Below, piece by piece: positions 8,756 through 18,597 of a stretch of DNA of 43,523 nucleotides. The translations under genes and the position numbers were made by a program. The notes under the pieces were generated by a model. The model did no database searches. It had not been told where the DNA came from and saw only the letters and a list, made by a program, of their open reading frames with translations. Numbering within the stretch: the first letter of the stretch is position 1; every line of letters starts with the position of its first letter. This DNA is from a virus (lineage: Duplodnaviria > Caudoviricetes): the IMG/VR virus record IMGVR_UViG_3300031577_000005, positions 1 to 43,523 of that record; one strand, given 5' to 3'.

Positions 8756-9421
8756 CTATACTAACGTTACGACTTCGGCTGAAGACTCAGACAAAATAGA
8801 TGTATCGGTGCCGTTATGGTGCAAAACAATCCGGCTCCTGGCCGGTTTTGCTTGTTTTAGGCTATATTCTAAATCATAATGGTTATAACTAACGCTTGAA
8901 GGATTTTTTATTTTTATCTCAATAGTGAAACGATTGGCTTTAGAGGCAAATGTGCTTTCCCCGTCGCCAAATTCGCTTCTCCCCCATTGCCAACCATATT
9001 TACAATAGTCAATAACTATTGGGACTTCGCCGATAAACATGTCAACCACGGCGGCAAGGCCGTCGTCCGTCGGACCGTTGATATAAACCGTTAGCATTTT
9101 TAAAATCCGGGTTCTATAATCATCATCCGATTCATCGCTTTTCCGAATAACCGCCCAATCCTCTCCGTTATCGTCCAAATAATCCCCGCTGGACTCGGCC
9201 ACAGAAAACTCACTGGTAAGTGATATATTGATTGGATCATACAAATCCAGCGCCGCCCCAATCGCGCCGAGCAAAGCACTAAAAACTTCCCCTTCCATGT
9301 CGTACGTATCGGGAAACAGCGTTTTTAATATATCCGCCCATGAAACAGTAGTAGTTGAAGTAGACGAAACCGGTGTATATTTCGTAAAAAATGCGCCATA
9401 GTTGGCATAATAATTCGTCAT
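8756..9421 (-). CDS. Baseplate wedge protein (P2 gpI/Mu gp48-like)
   Basis: LD..G....V.R...ESDDDYR.RI and C-terminal KPA motif; follows baseplate J. Confidence 0.72.
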   Translation of the reverse strand: MTNYYANYGAFFTKYTPVSSTSTTTVSWADILKTLFPDTYDMEGEVFSALLGAIGAALDLYDPINISLTSEFSVAESSGDYLDDNGEDWAVIRKSDESDDDYRTRILKMLTVYINGPTDDGLAAVVDMFIGEVPIVIDYCKYGWQWGRSEFGDGESTFASKANRFTIEIKIKNPSSVSYNHYDLEYSLKQAKPARSRIVLHHNGTDTSILSESSAEVVTLV

Positions 9422-9429
9422 AAAACCTC

Positions 9430-10539
9430 CTACGCTGTTGTCACTGTGATAGTTCCCGGTTCTGGCATGTAGTTGGAAGCAACCGCGGTATCCGTAAAGG
9501 TCGTAGTCGCATTTAGGACCCCAGTAATCGTCAAAGCTGTAGAAATAAGTTGCGAGGCGTACACATAGCCATATATTCCAGCGCCAACTCCTAAATTTTC
9601 GATATATTCCTCAATAGCGGTTTGTACCGAGGTTAGCGTAGTAGAGCCATACCCGGATTCAAGCGTTACGGTTATCGTGGCATTAATCGTAATCGTATCA
9701 GGAGTAGTCACCAGCACATCATCAGTAGCAATTTTTATATCATCTATGGCCTCCTGTGCCTCTGCCAGCACAGTATCAGAAGGTATAGAGTTACTTGCCC
9801 CAGTAACAAAAATATCAACCGTTCCTGCACCTCGATTCTGTGACACAACAACAGCCGATTCAATGCCATCGATGGCTAACACCGTTTCTTTATAACTGGC
9901 CGCTGTGCCTCGTGCTAATGAGGTGAAAACGGCTAAACCTCTTGCTCTTAACGAATCGTCCGTTTCGGCGTCATCACCACCAGTAAGTGTTGTCGAAAGT
10001 GTCACGCCATCAATGCCAGGGATAGATGATGAAATCAAAAGGGATGTGCCACTTGATATATTGCCGCTTGATCCGGTGGTCTGGCAGGTGCAAGATACCG
10101 TTACCTCAGTATCACCAATAGCTAGTGTAGCGTCATCGTCAGTAGCGAAAGTAATAACATCGCTGGATGAGTCAGGCACCGTTGATATTGTGGACCCGGC
10201 TGAAATTGTTATTGCGCTGGTAGCTGCATTGTTTTTATAAAAAGTAAAGTCTCCAGAGGCCGCTACCGCCGACTTACGAGTTAACCCATAGTCGGCCACT
10301 TTATTATCCAGGTCGGTACTGGTTGCCGTTGAGCAGTACGCAGCCAATCTGGACATTAAAATAGCCATTCCCAAGGTATCTACAACCACGGAAACAGCTG
10401 ATAGTAACGTGTATATAATTGATCCTTCTGAGAAATCCGTTAATCTTGGTACTCCGTCACTCCAGTTTGACGTATCCTGCAAGTATGCAATCATCGTATT
10501 ACGGACAGTATCTTGCTGGCTACTATATGTTGTACTCAT
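9430..10539 (-). CDS. Baseplate J/gp47 family protein
   Basis: LD....DYGLTRKSA..ASG, GGDDAETDDSLRAR, RGT...Y, RGAGTVDIFV. Confidence 0.93.
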   Translation of the reverse strand: MSTTYSSQQDTVRNTMIAYLQDTSNWSDGVPRLTDFSEGSIIYTLLSAVSVVVDTLGMAILMSRLAAYCSTATSTDLDNKVADYGLTRKSAVAASGDFTFYKNNAATSAITISAGSTISTVPDSSSDVITFATDDDATLAIGDTEVTVSCTCQTTGSSGNISSGTSLLISSSIPGIDGVTLSTTLTGGDDAETDDSLRARGLAVFTSLARGTAASYKETVLAIDGIESAVVVSQNRGAGTVDIFVTGASNSIPSDTVLAEAQEAIDDIKIATDDVLVTTPDTITINATITVTLESGYGSTTLTSVQTAIEEYIENLGVGAGIYGYVYASQLISTALTITGVLNATTTFTDTAVASNYMPEPGTITVTTA

Positions 10540-10541
10540 AT

Positions 10542-10961
10542 CTAGCCTCCCGACGACATGGAAATTGATCCATTGACTGTTTGGTTACTGTTTGTCAGTA
10601 TGCAAAGGTTGATAACATATCCTTGCGGATCATCGCTGGCAGTAACGGTAAGTGAAGTAATTTTCTTTACTTTTTCACAGGCTGTAACCGTTGCGCTGAT
10701 CTGTGCGGTAATGCTCTTTTTTAGCGCTGCTGTCATTGGTTCCTCGACATATTGCCGGAGTCTAGTTCCATAGTCTTCAGCAAACAAGTACGTGCCAAGC
10801 GATGTCATTAGCCTAAGCACAACCGCTTGCCATACGTTATCAGCTGGGATAGCATTACCTACAATATCTAAATCACCTTGAGCGCTGTATCCTATATCTC
10901 CGTCATTAAGCCGTATATCTACGTTAATATTAGTATCCGGTTGCCATATCGTAGGAATCAC
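10542..10961 (-). CDS. Baseplate wedge/sheath initiator (gp25/GPW-like); start uncertain
   Basis: QAVVLRLMT.LG.Y.F..DYG..L motif; lies between gpV and J. Confidence 0.8.
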   Translation of the reverse strand: MIPTIWQPDTNINVDIRLNDGDIGYSAQGDLDIVGNAIPADNVWQAVVLRLMTSLGTYLFAEDYGTRLRQYVEEPMTAALKKSITAQISATVTACEKVKKITSLTVTASDDPQGYVINLCILTNSNQTVNGSISMSSGG

Positions 10962-10964
10962 CTC

Positions 10965-11492
10965 CTAACCGCATGTTACCTTGCTTGATCCGCTTGTGAT
11001 TGTGCCGGAACTAACGGGGCAGGTGCAGGTATCGCCTACCCGAGCAACCGCCTCCCCGCCTCCGGCTAATAATAAACTTGATGCTGGGCTAAGTTCCACG
11101 TTCCCGGTATTCAGGAATTTCAAATAACTACCGCTTGAATGGATCATAACAACCTCGCCCTGATTTATGCCGGTTGGCGGGTAGTCGGTATCATTCCAAT
11201 TACAGAGTACTATCCTGCCGGAATTGATATTGCCATTTTCGAACACTACTAAGCACTCTGTGCCATCTGCTGGTAGAGCGACAAGGCCAAAATCCGCCCC
11301 GGCGTACAGGGTGCCAATCTGTATCCAACCCGTTTCAATATTATCGGGTTGCAACATGACTTTCGCCAAACATTTATCGGCATCTACGGAGGTTATATGT
11401 CCCATACTGGCCGAAAACCTTAAATTCGTTTGGTTGCCTCCCATATGCTTAGTTAGTTCAAGCAGGTCATTACCGATATATTGTTGTCCCAT
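10965..11492 (-). CDS. Baseplate spike, gpV-like
   Basis: OB-fold pattern ETGWI...LP..G..CLV.F.NG; C-terminal VARVGDTCTCP...GTITSGS apex. Confidence 0.85.
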   Translation of the reverse strand: MGQQYIGNDLLELTKHMGGNQTNLRFSASMGHITSVDADKCLAKVMLQPDNIETGWIQIGTLYAGADFGLVALPADGTECLVVFENGNINSGRIVLCNWNDTDYPPTGINQGEVVMIHSSGSYLKFLNTGNVELSPASSLLLAGGGEAVARVGDTCTCPVSSGTITSGSSKVTCG

Positions 11493-11500
11493 AGTCCCTC

Positions 11501-12682
11501 CTATGAATAATAAAACTGGCTGGAAAATGACGCATCAATTTGATAGCCAGTTTGCAATGAAAACTGATGTTCAACCCGATTGAGGTAATATGGTTGAGAC
11601 AAACCAAGGCCAACGCCGTATAATTCAATTTGCCGGTCAATCGCCATCGATGTATTTCCGGCGCAGGTCATTTGACCAATTAATTGCGTCCGGCTCAATT
11701 GATCAAGAATTTGTTGTGCCATGTTTTGTGCCTGGGCACGAGTTAATCCGGGGATAACTTTTGTTACGGTGTACTTTTCCCGTTCGCCAATTTGGTCGGC
11801 TATTTTGGTAGATTGATTTGTTGTGCTAGTCGCTTTTTCAACGATCCGATGCTTTTTATTCTTGTCGTAGGTAATTACCTCAACAACAATATTTCGGGCC
11901 GCATGAGGTGACCGCTCAATTCTCAGCGTTTCAATATCATAGCCCCATGTATATGGCATTACCCAGCATTCATATGTAGCGTCATATTCCATGCCGGCAA
12001 CACTGCTGCCAGTTACATAGTTCGTAACGGTATCATAAGTCCCGAATAATAGTTTCGTACCATTAACCCGGACAAGATAATTTTCCTGCTTCGCCAAATA
12101 TAAAAGCAAATCCCATTCGCTTGTTTCTCGACCTAAAGTGCAGCCCTGCTGATTGTAATACGTGCCAGCAAGCGTGGTAGTAGCCGTTACTACCGGAGTC
12201 AGGCTGTGATTATTAGCAATCTGGGTAGCAATCGCACTGGCTGTCAGGTTTGGATATTTTTCAGTAATTTTTGTGTCGAGCATCTTACCGACAGCATTAC
12301 GACCATGCAATGTTACTTTTTCGCCGCCAGTTCGGTCAAAAGTCCACTCGGCGGTATCCATAGTACCGTCCATTAGCTGAGTTAGGTCTGAGGTAGACGG
12401 AGAAGCCTTGTCGGTAAACCCAACATATAATGCGACGGTAATGGAATCAGTATCAATTAATACTGACTCAAAGTCTGGTCCATTAGCCAGGATAGTTTCG
12501 CCGGATTGAATGTCTTTAACAAAAAACGGCAACGTTAGTGTAAAACTATCCGCTGCCGAGAATCCATTTTGTTCTACCGAGAACGAGTCAAAGCGTACTT
12601 GATTGCCGTTAACTACAGCAATCCCTTTGGCTTTTTGGATACCGTTTCTCCCGCTGGTTATTGGTTTGGTTGTTTTATACAT
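11501..12682 (-). CDS. Baseplate hub (P2 gpD/Mu gp44-like)
   Basis: ADSFTLTL, ETSEWDLL..LA, Y.LNRVEH.F....GY; consistent synteny. Confidence 0.78.
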   Translation of the reverse strand: MYKTTKPITSGRNGIQKAKGIAVVNGNQVRFDSFSVEQNGFSAADSFTLTLPFFVKDIQSGETILANGPDFESVLIDTDSITVALYVGFTDKASPSTSDLTQLMDGTMDTAEWTFDRTGGEKVTLHGRNAVGKMLDTKITEKYPNLTASAIATQIANNHSLTPVVTATTTLAGTYYNQQGCTLGRETSEWDLLLYLAKQENYLVRVNGTKLLFGTYDTVTNYVTGSSVAGMEYDATYECWVMPYTWGYDIETLRIERSPHAARNIVVEVITYDKNKKHRIVEKATSTTNQSTKIADQIGEREKYTVTKVIPGLTRAQAQNMAQQILDQLSRTQLIGQMTCAGNTSMAIDRQIELYGVGLGLSQPYYLNRVEHQFSLQTGYQIDASFSSQFYYS

Positions 12683-12692
12683 ATAATCGCCC

Positions 12693-13400
12693 CTATGCAG
12701 TGACCGTTTTAGTTGGGTTGGGAATAATCAATTTTGTCCCAGCAGTAACTATAGCAGAGGTAATACTATTTTTAGTAGCGATCGTAGTCCATTTTGAGCC
12801 ATCGCCATAATACTTATAGGCAATGGACCATAGTGTGTCGCTAGATCCAACCATGTGAGTTACTTGATTTGCTATTGCCGCCGTGACCGCTGTAGATGTT
12901 GGCAATACCGTGGCTAATATATCGCCTAGCGTAATATCTGCCGCCGCGCCAACGTCCGAGGTTGACCATGATGTACTTTTTGTCGTTGAGGTAGTAGAAA
13001 CAGTCGCTTGCGTGGTTGCTTTGGACGTGGTACTCGAACCCGATCCAACCGTCAGCAACAATTCTGCGGGGGCAACTTCGATTGTATACGGAATATAAGC
13101 GTCATTCACGTAAGTAAATTTGAACTTAGTAATAACCACAGTACAGGACATATTCCCAATTTGCAGGGTTAAGCTATCACCAGCAATACGAGCGTCATTA
13201 AGCGTTTGCGCCCGATCCATAGCATTAGTAAACCACAATACGCCTTCCCAGCTAATTGCATCGTCAAAAGCACCGAGAATTTGTATGTCTATTTCGCCGC
13301 CCGGGTATTTGCGAACGGCAACCGACTGCTCGCCGCCAAGTGTAATATGTTCGGGTAATTCATCAGTGGAAAATTCAATGTCTCCTAGGTAAAGGCTCAT
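12693..13400 (-). CDS. Tail tube initiator with C-terminal LysM domain
   Basis: gpU-like N-terminus; LysM pattern H.V...DTLWSIAYKYYGDG.KW..IA..N......G..L.IP. Confidence 0.85.
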   Translation of the reverse strand: MSLYLGDIEFSTDELPEHITLGGEQSVAVRKYPGGEIDIQILGAFDDAISWEGVLWFTNAMDRAQTLNDARIAGDSLTLQIGNMSCTVVITKFKFTYVNDAYIPYTIEVAPAELLLTVGSGSSTTSKATTQATVSTTSTTKSTSWSTSDVGAAADITLGDILATVLPTSTAVTAAIANQVTHMVGSSDTLWSIAYKYYGDGSKWTTIATKNSITSAIVTAGTKLIIPNPTKTVTA

Positions 13401-13411
13401 TCAAATACCCC

Positions 13412-15385
13412 CTACCATGCTGGTGATACCGCATCGCCACGGCAATACGACTGATTCCTTGCCAGTTTACCCATTTCACGCATTACTTCTCTGGCAAGTT
13501 CATTGGCTGATTGTCCCGGTTGCTGATAAATGGCAATTGCGCCAGAGGCAATACTAACATTACCGCCGCCAATTCTATTATTAGGTATGACTTGACTTCC
13601 TCGCGGCAAGTTGACCACTTCCGGGCCATTCTCGCCGACTAAGGCTAGACCGCCAGTAGCATAGTCCGTGCCTCCAGCATAATGCTGACTAATATTATAA
13701 TTAAATGATCCACCGCCAGGAATTGAAATTTGCTGCGTAGCCATTCTTGTAATGCTATCAAATAGGCTACTCAGCCAGCCTTTTATTTTGTTATATACCC
13801 CTTCAAACCAGTTGACCCATCCCATTACATAATCACGCATACCGCCCCAGTTTTCAGTCCAGGCTTTATATAATAGGTAACAAGCACCTATAATCAATGT
13901 AATAGCTAATAAAATCGGGTTTGTCGTAAAGAGCGTCGTCAATGCACGCACTGGGCCGATCATCGTAGAAAATGCACTGCCCATCATCCGTAAGCCTACA
14001 GATATCGTTTGAGCTGTACGTAGATAACCAATTGCGCCAGCAAAAAGCAAAATTGGTCCAGCAATTAACGCTAATGCAGTAGCAAATAGCGTTACACCGG
14101 CGATCCATTTAGCAATCAAAGGATGTTGCCCAAGATAGCCTATAAATGTTGTTAATGCATCGCTAACCGCTTTTACCGCTGGCAACAACATTTCCATCAT
14201 TGGCTTGCCTATAGCCAGCCCTAAGTTTTCAATATTACTTCCAAGAATATGGCTTTGACCTAAAAAACTATCCCGGATGGTTTGGATTTGCTCGTGTAGA
14301 CTCTTGGTTTGAGCCATTTGCGTTTTTAAGCGTTCTAGGTTTCCTTCGTCCAGAATAGCAGCGAAGCGGCCACCTTCCTCGCCGAACAAGCTCTTAGTCA
14401 TTGCTGCCCATTTTTCGGTATCACCACCAGTTTTGGCCAGAAAATCAGTTCGGGCTTTGGTCATGATTTCCGTTATATCCTCAAATGATTTTAACTTATA
14501 TTGGCCTGCCTCCTGATCAAAATAGTGAAAAACATCTCGGCCATTATCACCCATAAAGCCGAGTTCTCCCATTTCTTTCATTTTCGTTTTGCCGCCCATG
14601 GGCATATACTTAAACTTTTCGGAGTTCATATTTCCTAGCATTCGGGTTAAGTTAGTACCTGCCATCGACCCTTCCATTCCGGATCGAGCTGCTAAACCAA
14701 AGGCCATACCTAAATCCTGTTCACTCCAACCTTCTTGCCTCGCTTGTGGTGCAGCGTATTTAAACGCCTCGCCAATCGTCGTACCAGTTAGATGGGTAAC
14801 GCTTTCAAGTCGTGCTAGTTCATCCGCAAACGCCTGCATCCGTTCTGTACTCTGAGCAATCCCCATATCATCAACCATACGAGCAAAGTTATAAGCGCTT
14901 GATTCTGGCGACTCGGATTTTCCCATTCCTTTTTCAATTTCAGCAAGATAGGTAGCTTCAGGCAAAACGGACTTCATAGCATCTTCCGTCAATCCGGCGT
15001 GAGCCAATTCTACTTCAACACTAATGATTTGTTTTTTCGAAAATAGGGTTTGCAGCGACAAATCTCCCGCCATATCTTCTAGTTCTTTCAGCTGTGAAGA
15101 ATCAATATTCAGGTTATAAACAGCTCCAAGCTGGATCATCTGCTGCTGAACTTCTGCCGCCTTATTCGCTAATTTATCTAACGCATAAAAGCCAGCAGCA
15201 CCAATAGCCGTAATAGCTCCGCCAACAAAAGCCGTATTTTTAAATTCATTAAGATGCTTTTGCGTTTCTTGAGTCTTTTTATCGAGCATCCCCATCTGTC
15301 CAGCCATACGTTCCATCGGCGCGGTAAGATGATCGACGGCCGCGAAAACTACAGCAATTTCAAAAGCTTTATCAAACATGCCCAT
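13412..15385 (-). CDS. Tail tape measure protein
   Basis: Helical, Ala/Gly-rich; FKYAAP.A, G.EGS.AGT.L, FGEEG.R motifs; hydrophobic stretches; YAGGT...G.ALVGENGPE. Confidence 0.92.
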   Translation of the reverse strand: MGMFDKAFEIAVVFAAVDHLTAPMERMAGQMGMLDKKTQETQKHLNEFKNTAFVGGAITAIGAAGFYALDKLANKAAEVQQQMIQLGAVYNLNIDSSQLKELEDMAGDLSLQTLFSKKQIISVEVELAHAGLTEDAMKSVLPEATYLAEIEKGMGKSESPESSAYNFARMVDDMGIAQSTERMQAFADELARLESVTHLTGTTIGEAFKYAAPQARQEGWSEQDLGMAFGLAARSGMEGSMAGTNLTRMLGNMNSEKFKYMPMGGKTKMKEMGELGFMGDNGRDVFHYFDQEAGQYKLKSFEDITEIMTKARTDFLAKTGGDTEKWAAMTKSLFGEEGGRFAAILDEGNLERLKTQMAQTKSLHEQIQTIRDSFLGQSHILGSNIENLGLAIGKPMMEMLLPAVKAVSDALTTFIGYLGQHPLIAKWIAGVTLFATALALIAGPILLFAGAIGYLRTAQTISVGLRMMGSAFSTMIGPVRALTTLFTTNPILLAITLIIGACYLLYKAWTENWGGMRDYVMGWVNWFEGVYNKIKGWLSSLFDSITRMATQQISIPGGGSFNYNISQHYAGGTDYATGGLALVGENGPEVVNLPRGSQVIPNNRIGGGNVSIASGAIAIYQQPGQSANELAREVMREMGKLARNQSYCRGDAVSPAW

Positions 15386-15388
15386 TTG

Positions 15389-15894
15389 CTACTCACCCCG
15401 CTTCTGTTCTTGCTTTTCGCGAATATCTTTTAGAACTTCAATTGCCGCCTTGCGAACAATAGGCGTCATATTTAATGCCACATCAAGCGTAATACCGCCC
15501 TGAGTAGCATCAGCTAACATAACCGAATCGTAAAAAGCCGCCGAATTTTTTAACTGATCGATTCTAATTCGACGGCTGAAGTTTCCCCCTCGGCTTCAAT
15601 ATCATCATTCAATTTACTAAATGCTTTACCGATTCTTGAAGTATCGCGCATCTTAAACTTACCCATAAACGCTTGAACTTCGACCAAATTACCGGGCCGT
15701 TTAACAGGTTTTTCATTAATTTCAACAATAGAAAATGCCTGAAGAACTGCTCTCATTTGGAGCATCCCAGCTCCCGGTTTATTCATTTCGTTGCCGACTA
15801 CTTTTGCAGCAATCATTTCATCCATGCCAGTTAATTCCTGCACTTTAACTTTTTGACCATCACTTAAATTAACTATTTTAAACAATCTTTCCAT
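15389..15894 (-). CDS. Tail assembly chaperone long form (G-T type, -1 programmed frameshift at 15589-15581)
   Basis: GAG GGG GAA AC slippery run; the -1 frame is open (GNFSRRIRIDQLKNS...KRGE) to TAG 15391-15389, just before the tape measure ATG. Confidence 0.75.
15550..15894 (-). CDS. Tail assembly chaperone (short form)
   Basis: Between tube and tape measure; V.ELTG.DE motif. Confidence 0.8.
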   Translation of the reverse strand: MERLFKIVNLSDGQKVKVQELTGMDEMIAAKVVGNEMNKPGAGMLQMRAVLQAFSIVEINEKPVKRPGNLVEVQAFMGKFKMRDTSRIGKAFSKLNDDIEAEGETSAVELESIS

Positions 15895-15941
15895 TGTGTC
15901 TTCCTCCTAAATTAAAGGAACGGTATTAGCCGCCCCAAATA

Positions 15942-16397
15942 TCAACTACTAAGTGTTCTATACGGCGCAAATCCGGTAAACGAGCATTTTATTTCATCAC
16001 CAGACGCAGCCGCATCAATCTCAAAGCCATGTAAAACTACATTTTTATAAACCCACGTTTTAGTTGTCCCATCGTAAAAAGTAGTTACTTCTTTAACGGT
16101 ATATGTGGGTGCCGATTCACCGGCCAATAAAGCCGTGTCAATATCTGCCTGAAGAGAATCCCAACTACTATCAATTTTCCCACCCTTAAAGGTCAAATCG
16201 TACCCCTTGTAAATGGTCTGCTCATGGTCTTCAAATTGGCCTAGTGGTTTATAAGTCTTTTTATCGTGCCGTGCCTTGGCAGTAAACGAATCGATTTCCG
16301 CCAAATCAACCGTACCCGATGAGGTGTAGAGACTTAATGTAACGCAACTGCCAATAATACGGTCACTAGAAAAACGTTGCAAATCAAAATTAAACAT
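15942..16397 (-). CDS. Tail tube protein
   Basis: 151 aa, beta-rich, immediately after the sheath gene. Confidence 0.82.
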   Translation of the reverse strand: MFNFDLQRFSSDRIIGSCVTLSLYTSSGTVDLAEIDSFTAKARHDKKTYKPLGQFEDHEQTIYKGYDLTFKGGKIDSSWDSLQADIDTALLAGESAPTYTVKEVTTFYDGTTKTWVYKNVVLHGFEIDAAASGDEIKCSFTGFAPYRTLSS

Positions 16398-16414
16398 CTA
16401 AACCCCTCCCCTCT

Positions 16415-17920
16415 TTAAGATGACGATGTGGTACTAGACGTGGTTACCGTGCTTGTAGATGCTTCAATGCTAATAATGATATATTTAGCAGCCGCCAATA
16501 GCCGAACCTTAACCGTAACATACAATTTCCCCGCAGCAATGGTGGATGACGTATTGTTGGTCAAATCACACGTGACCAGGTAACTATCAATCACGGAGTC
16601 ATCGACTAGCCCTTCAAGAAAAGTATTAATTGTGCTCTTTATATCCCCTCGCAGGACGTCATCTGATTGCGTACTTTGCAGTTCATCTACCGCCCAGCCC
16701 ATTGAATCCATAATTGAGAATTCAAGGTAATACCTCATCCGGCGGACATATATTTCTGATCCATCAGAGGCGACACCGCTTCGTGTGCCATTTCCGCCGC
16801 GTGGGATTGCGTTATGGATGCACAACGCTCCGGCTGATTGCAATTCTGCCAGTTCTGACCGGGTGCGGGGAGTAACCAACGACACAATACTTTTTAGCTT
16901 TTTATTGCCCCAGGATTTCTGAGGGTCGAGAGCTGAAGCCATGCCTATTACTAAAGCCGTAGGCGCACAATTCCGGTTAGTATCTAAATCGGAATCGTAT
17001 AAGACGCACCAGCCGTCACAAAAAACTACGTTATCCTCGCTGATAGCTTCGGCGGCAGATTCGGTAACCTCTACAGTCGCCTTTGGTTTAATGCATACTG
17101 CCGCAATGCAGTAGTGATCAGAAGCAAAATCAACTAATTCACTATTGAACGTATCCGAATAATATTCAGCACCAAATACCAGATTAACGATTGTTGTGGC
17201 TAGGAGCGCAAGTCCAGTTTTATTGCCAGTGTCTTCGTCCGTATCGCCGATTAGGGCGGCGTCTTTTTCGGCGGTGGTGCTAAGTGTGCCGCATGATCCA
17301 CCAGAGAAAGAATACGTACCGGCAGCCGGAAGATTGGTGCTTGGCGAATCCGGCAGAGTAACGATCACGATTGAGGAATCAGCGTTAATCGTATCGGCCC
17401 AGGTATCTGGTGATAACCCGGTATATGTTTCTGTCAGTGACGAGGATGCTGTAATAGTCATGTTAAAGGTATCATTTGCCGTGCTCGGTGATGTGATCTT
17501 TATGGTCATCGCGTTTGGCTTTGTGCCGTAGAGTTCTGTCATAATGCCGGTCTGAGGATGTTCCCTTGCTGCTGTGATGGTGCCCATTTCTGCCGGAGTT
17601 GTTTGCGAGTCATAGAGAGTATAACTAGCCGCCGCCGCTCCATCCCCGAAACATGGCACTACCTTAATTTCGCCAGCCCCTTGCCGGACTAGATTCTGAA
17701 TGGCGATAGGGCCACCTATATCCACCGTACTCTTGCCAAAATGTCGAACAGCGGTAGAGTAATCCGCCAGTGTATAAATCGCCGTTGGTATGCCCTGCTG
17801 GAAGAAGCCGACCATTCCGACAATGCCTGTAGCAACGCCGGTAATAGATGATGCGGAATCGACTTCAATCACGTACACATCGTCTAAGACTTGCCCAGTC
17901 ATGCTGGAAACTATTGGCAT
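16415..17920 (-). CDS. Contractile tail sheath protein
   Basis: VYVIE......ITGVATGIVGMVG, IYVRRM..Y, Y.V.CD..NN.......GKL.V.V.V. Confidence 0.93.
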   Translation of the reverse strand: MPIVSSMTGQVLDDVYVIEVDSASSITGVATGIVGMVGFFQQGIPTAIYTLADYSTAVRHFGKSTVDIGGPIAIQNLVRQGAGEIKVVPCFGDGAAAASYTLYDSQTTPAEMGTITAAREHPQTGIMTELYGTKPNAMTIKITSPSTANDTFNMTITASSSLTETYTGLSPDTWADTINADSSIVIVTLPDSPSTNLPAAGTYSFSGGSCGTLSTTAEKDAALIGDTDEDTGNKTGLALLATTIVNLVFGAEYYSDTFNSELVDFASDHYCIAAVCIKPKATVEVTESAAEAISEDNVVFCDGWCVLYDSDLDTNRNCAPTALVIGMASALDPQKSWGNKKLKSIVSLVTPRTRSELAELQSAGALCIHNAIPRGGNGTRSGVASDGSEIYVRRMRYYLEFSIMDSMGWAVDELQSTQSDDVLRGDIKSTINTFLEGLVDDSVIDSYLVTCDLTNNTSSTIAAGKLYVTVKVRLLAAAKYIIISIEASTSTVTTSSTTSSS

Positions 17921-17934
17921 ATTCTCACCCCTTT

Positions 17935-18597
17935 TTAATTAATGTCGTATATGTCAGTCGCTTCGCCAGAAATTTTGGACGAAGCTTTTAATTTTGCATT
18001 AATGCGGCGAAACTGATTAACAGCAGGAACACGTTTGGATGTTTCAACGGATATTTGAGTTTCAGCTGTAGCAATCATATAAGCTGGGATTGCTTCAAGT
18101 ACCCTAGATTGCACTTGCCAAGTCAAATCACGCTGATAAAAATTAGTCTCGCCTTTTAGTTCCTTGTGATCGCCGCGAAGGTTTAACAACATATACTCCC
18201 CGGTGGCCTGTGGCGTGGCCTGAGTATAGTCAATAAGTCCAATGCGGAAGTTGGTCACAAAATACTGTTTTAGCTTCCACCCAAGCTGGTCACGGGTTAG
18301 CTTATCGTTAGTGAAAAGCGTCATTTGCATCAAGGTCTGCAAGCGAAGCTTTTCTTGAAGTATATAGCCAGTACCATCCGTATTTTTAATGGTTCGGTGA
18401 GTAGCATATTGACTGACAGCATGTTCGTTTGTTTCGGAAATGTCCATAAAAAAAACAGCTGGCAGATTCTTATCAATCTGTAGCCATTGCTTATCGGGCC
18501 ATCCCACTTTTGCTAATTTGATTTTCGGAAATTGCTCAAGGATAATCCCGGCCCATGTACTTACTATATCGAATATTGGTTCATTCTGTAGGTTCAT
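17935..18597 (-). CDS. Putative tail completion/terminator protein
   Basis: Last gene before the sheath; ATG 18597 overlaps the upstream stop (ATGA). Confidence 0.6.
   Translation of the reverse strand: MNLQNEPIFDIVSTWAGIILEQFPKIKLAKVGWPDKQWLQIDKNLPAVFFMDISETNEHAVSQYATHRTIKNTDGTGYILQEKLRLQTLMQMTLFTNDKLTRDQLGWKLKQYFVTNFRIGLIDYTQATPQATGEYMLLNLRGDHKELKGETNFYQRDLTWQVQSRVLEAIPAYMIATAETQISVETSKRVPAVNQFRRINAKLKASSKISGEATDIYDIN

Noticed and set aside
18580-18597. MNLQNE start as another Prp-type leader
   Set aside because: Lacks the aromatic P1 and small P1' residues of the motif.
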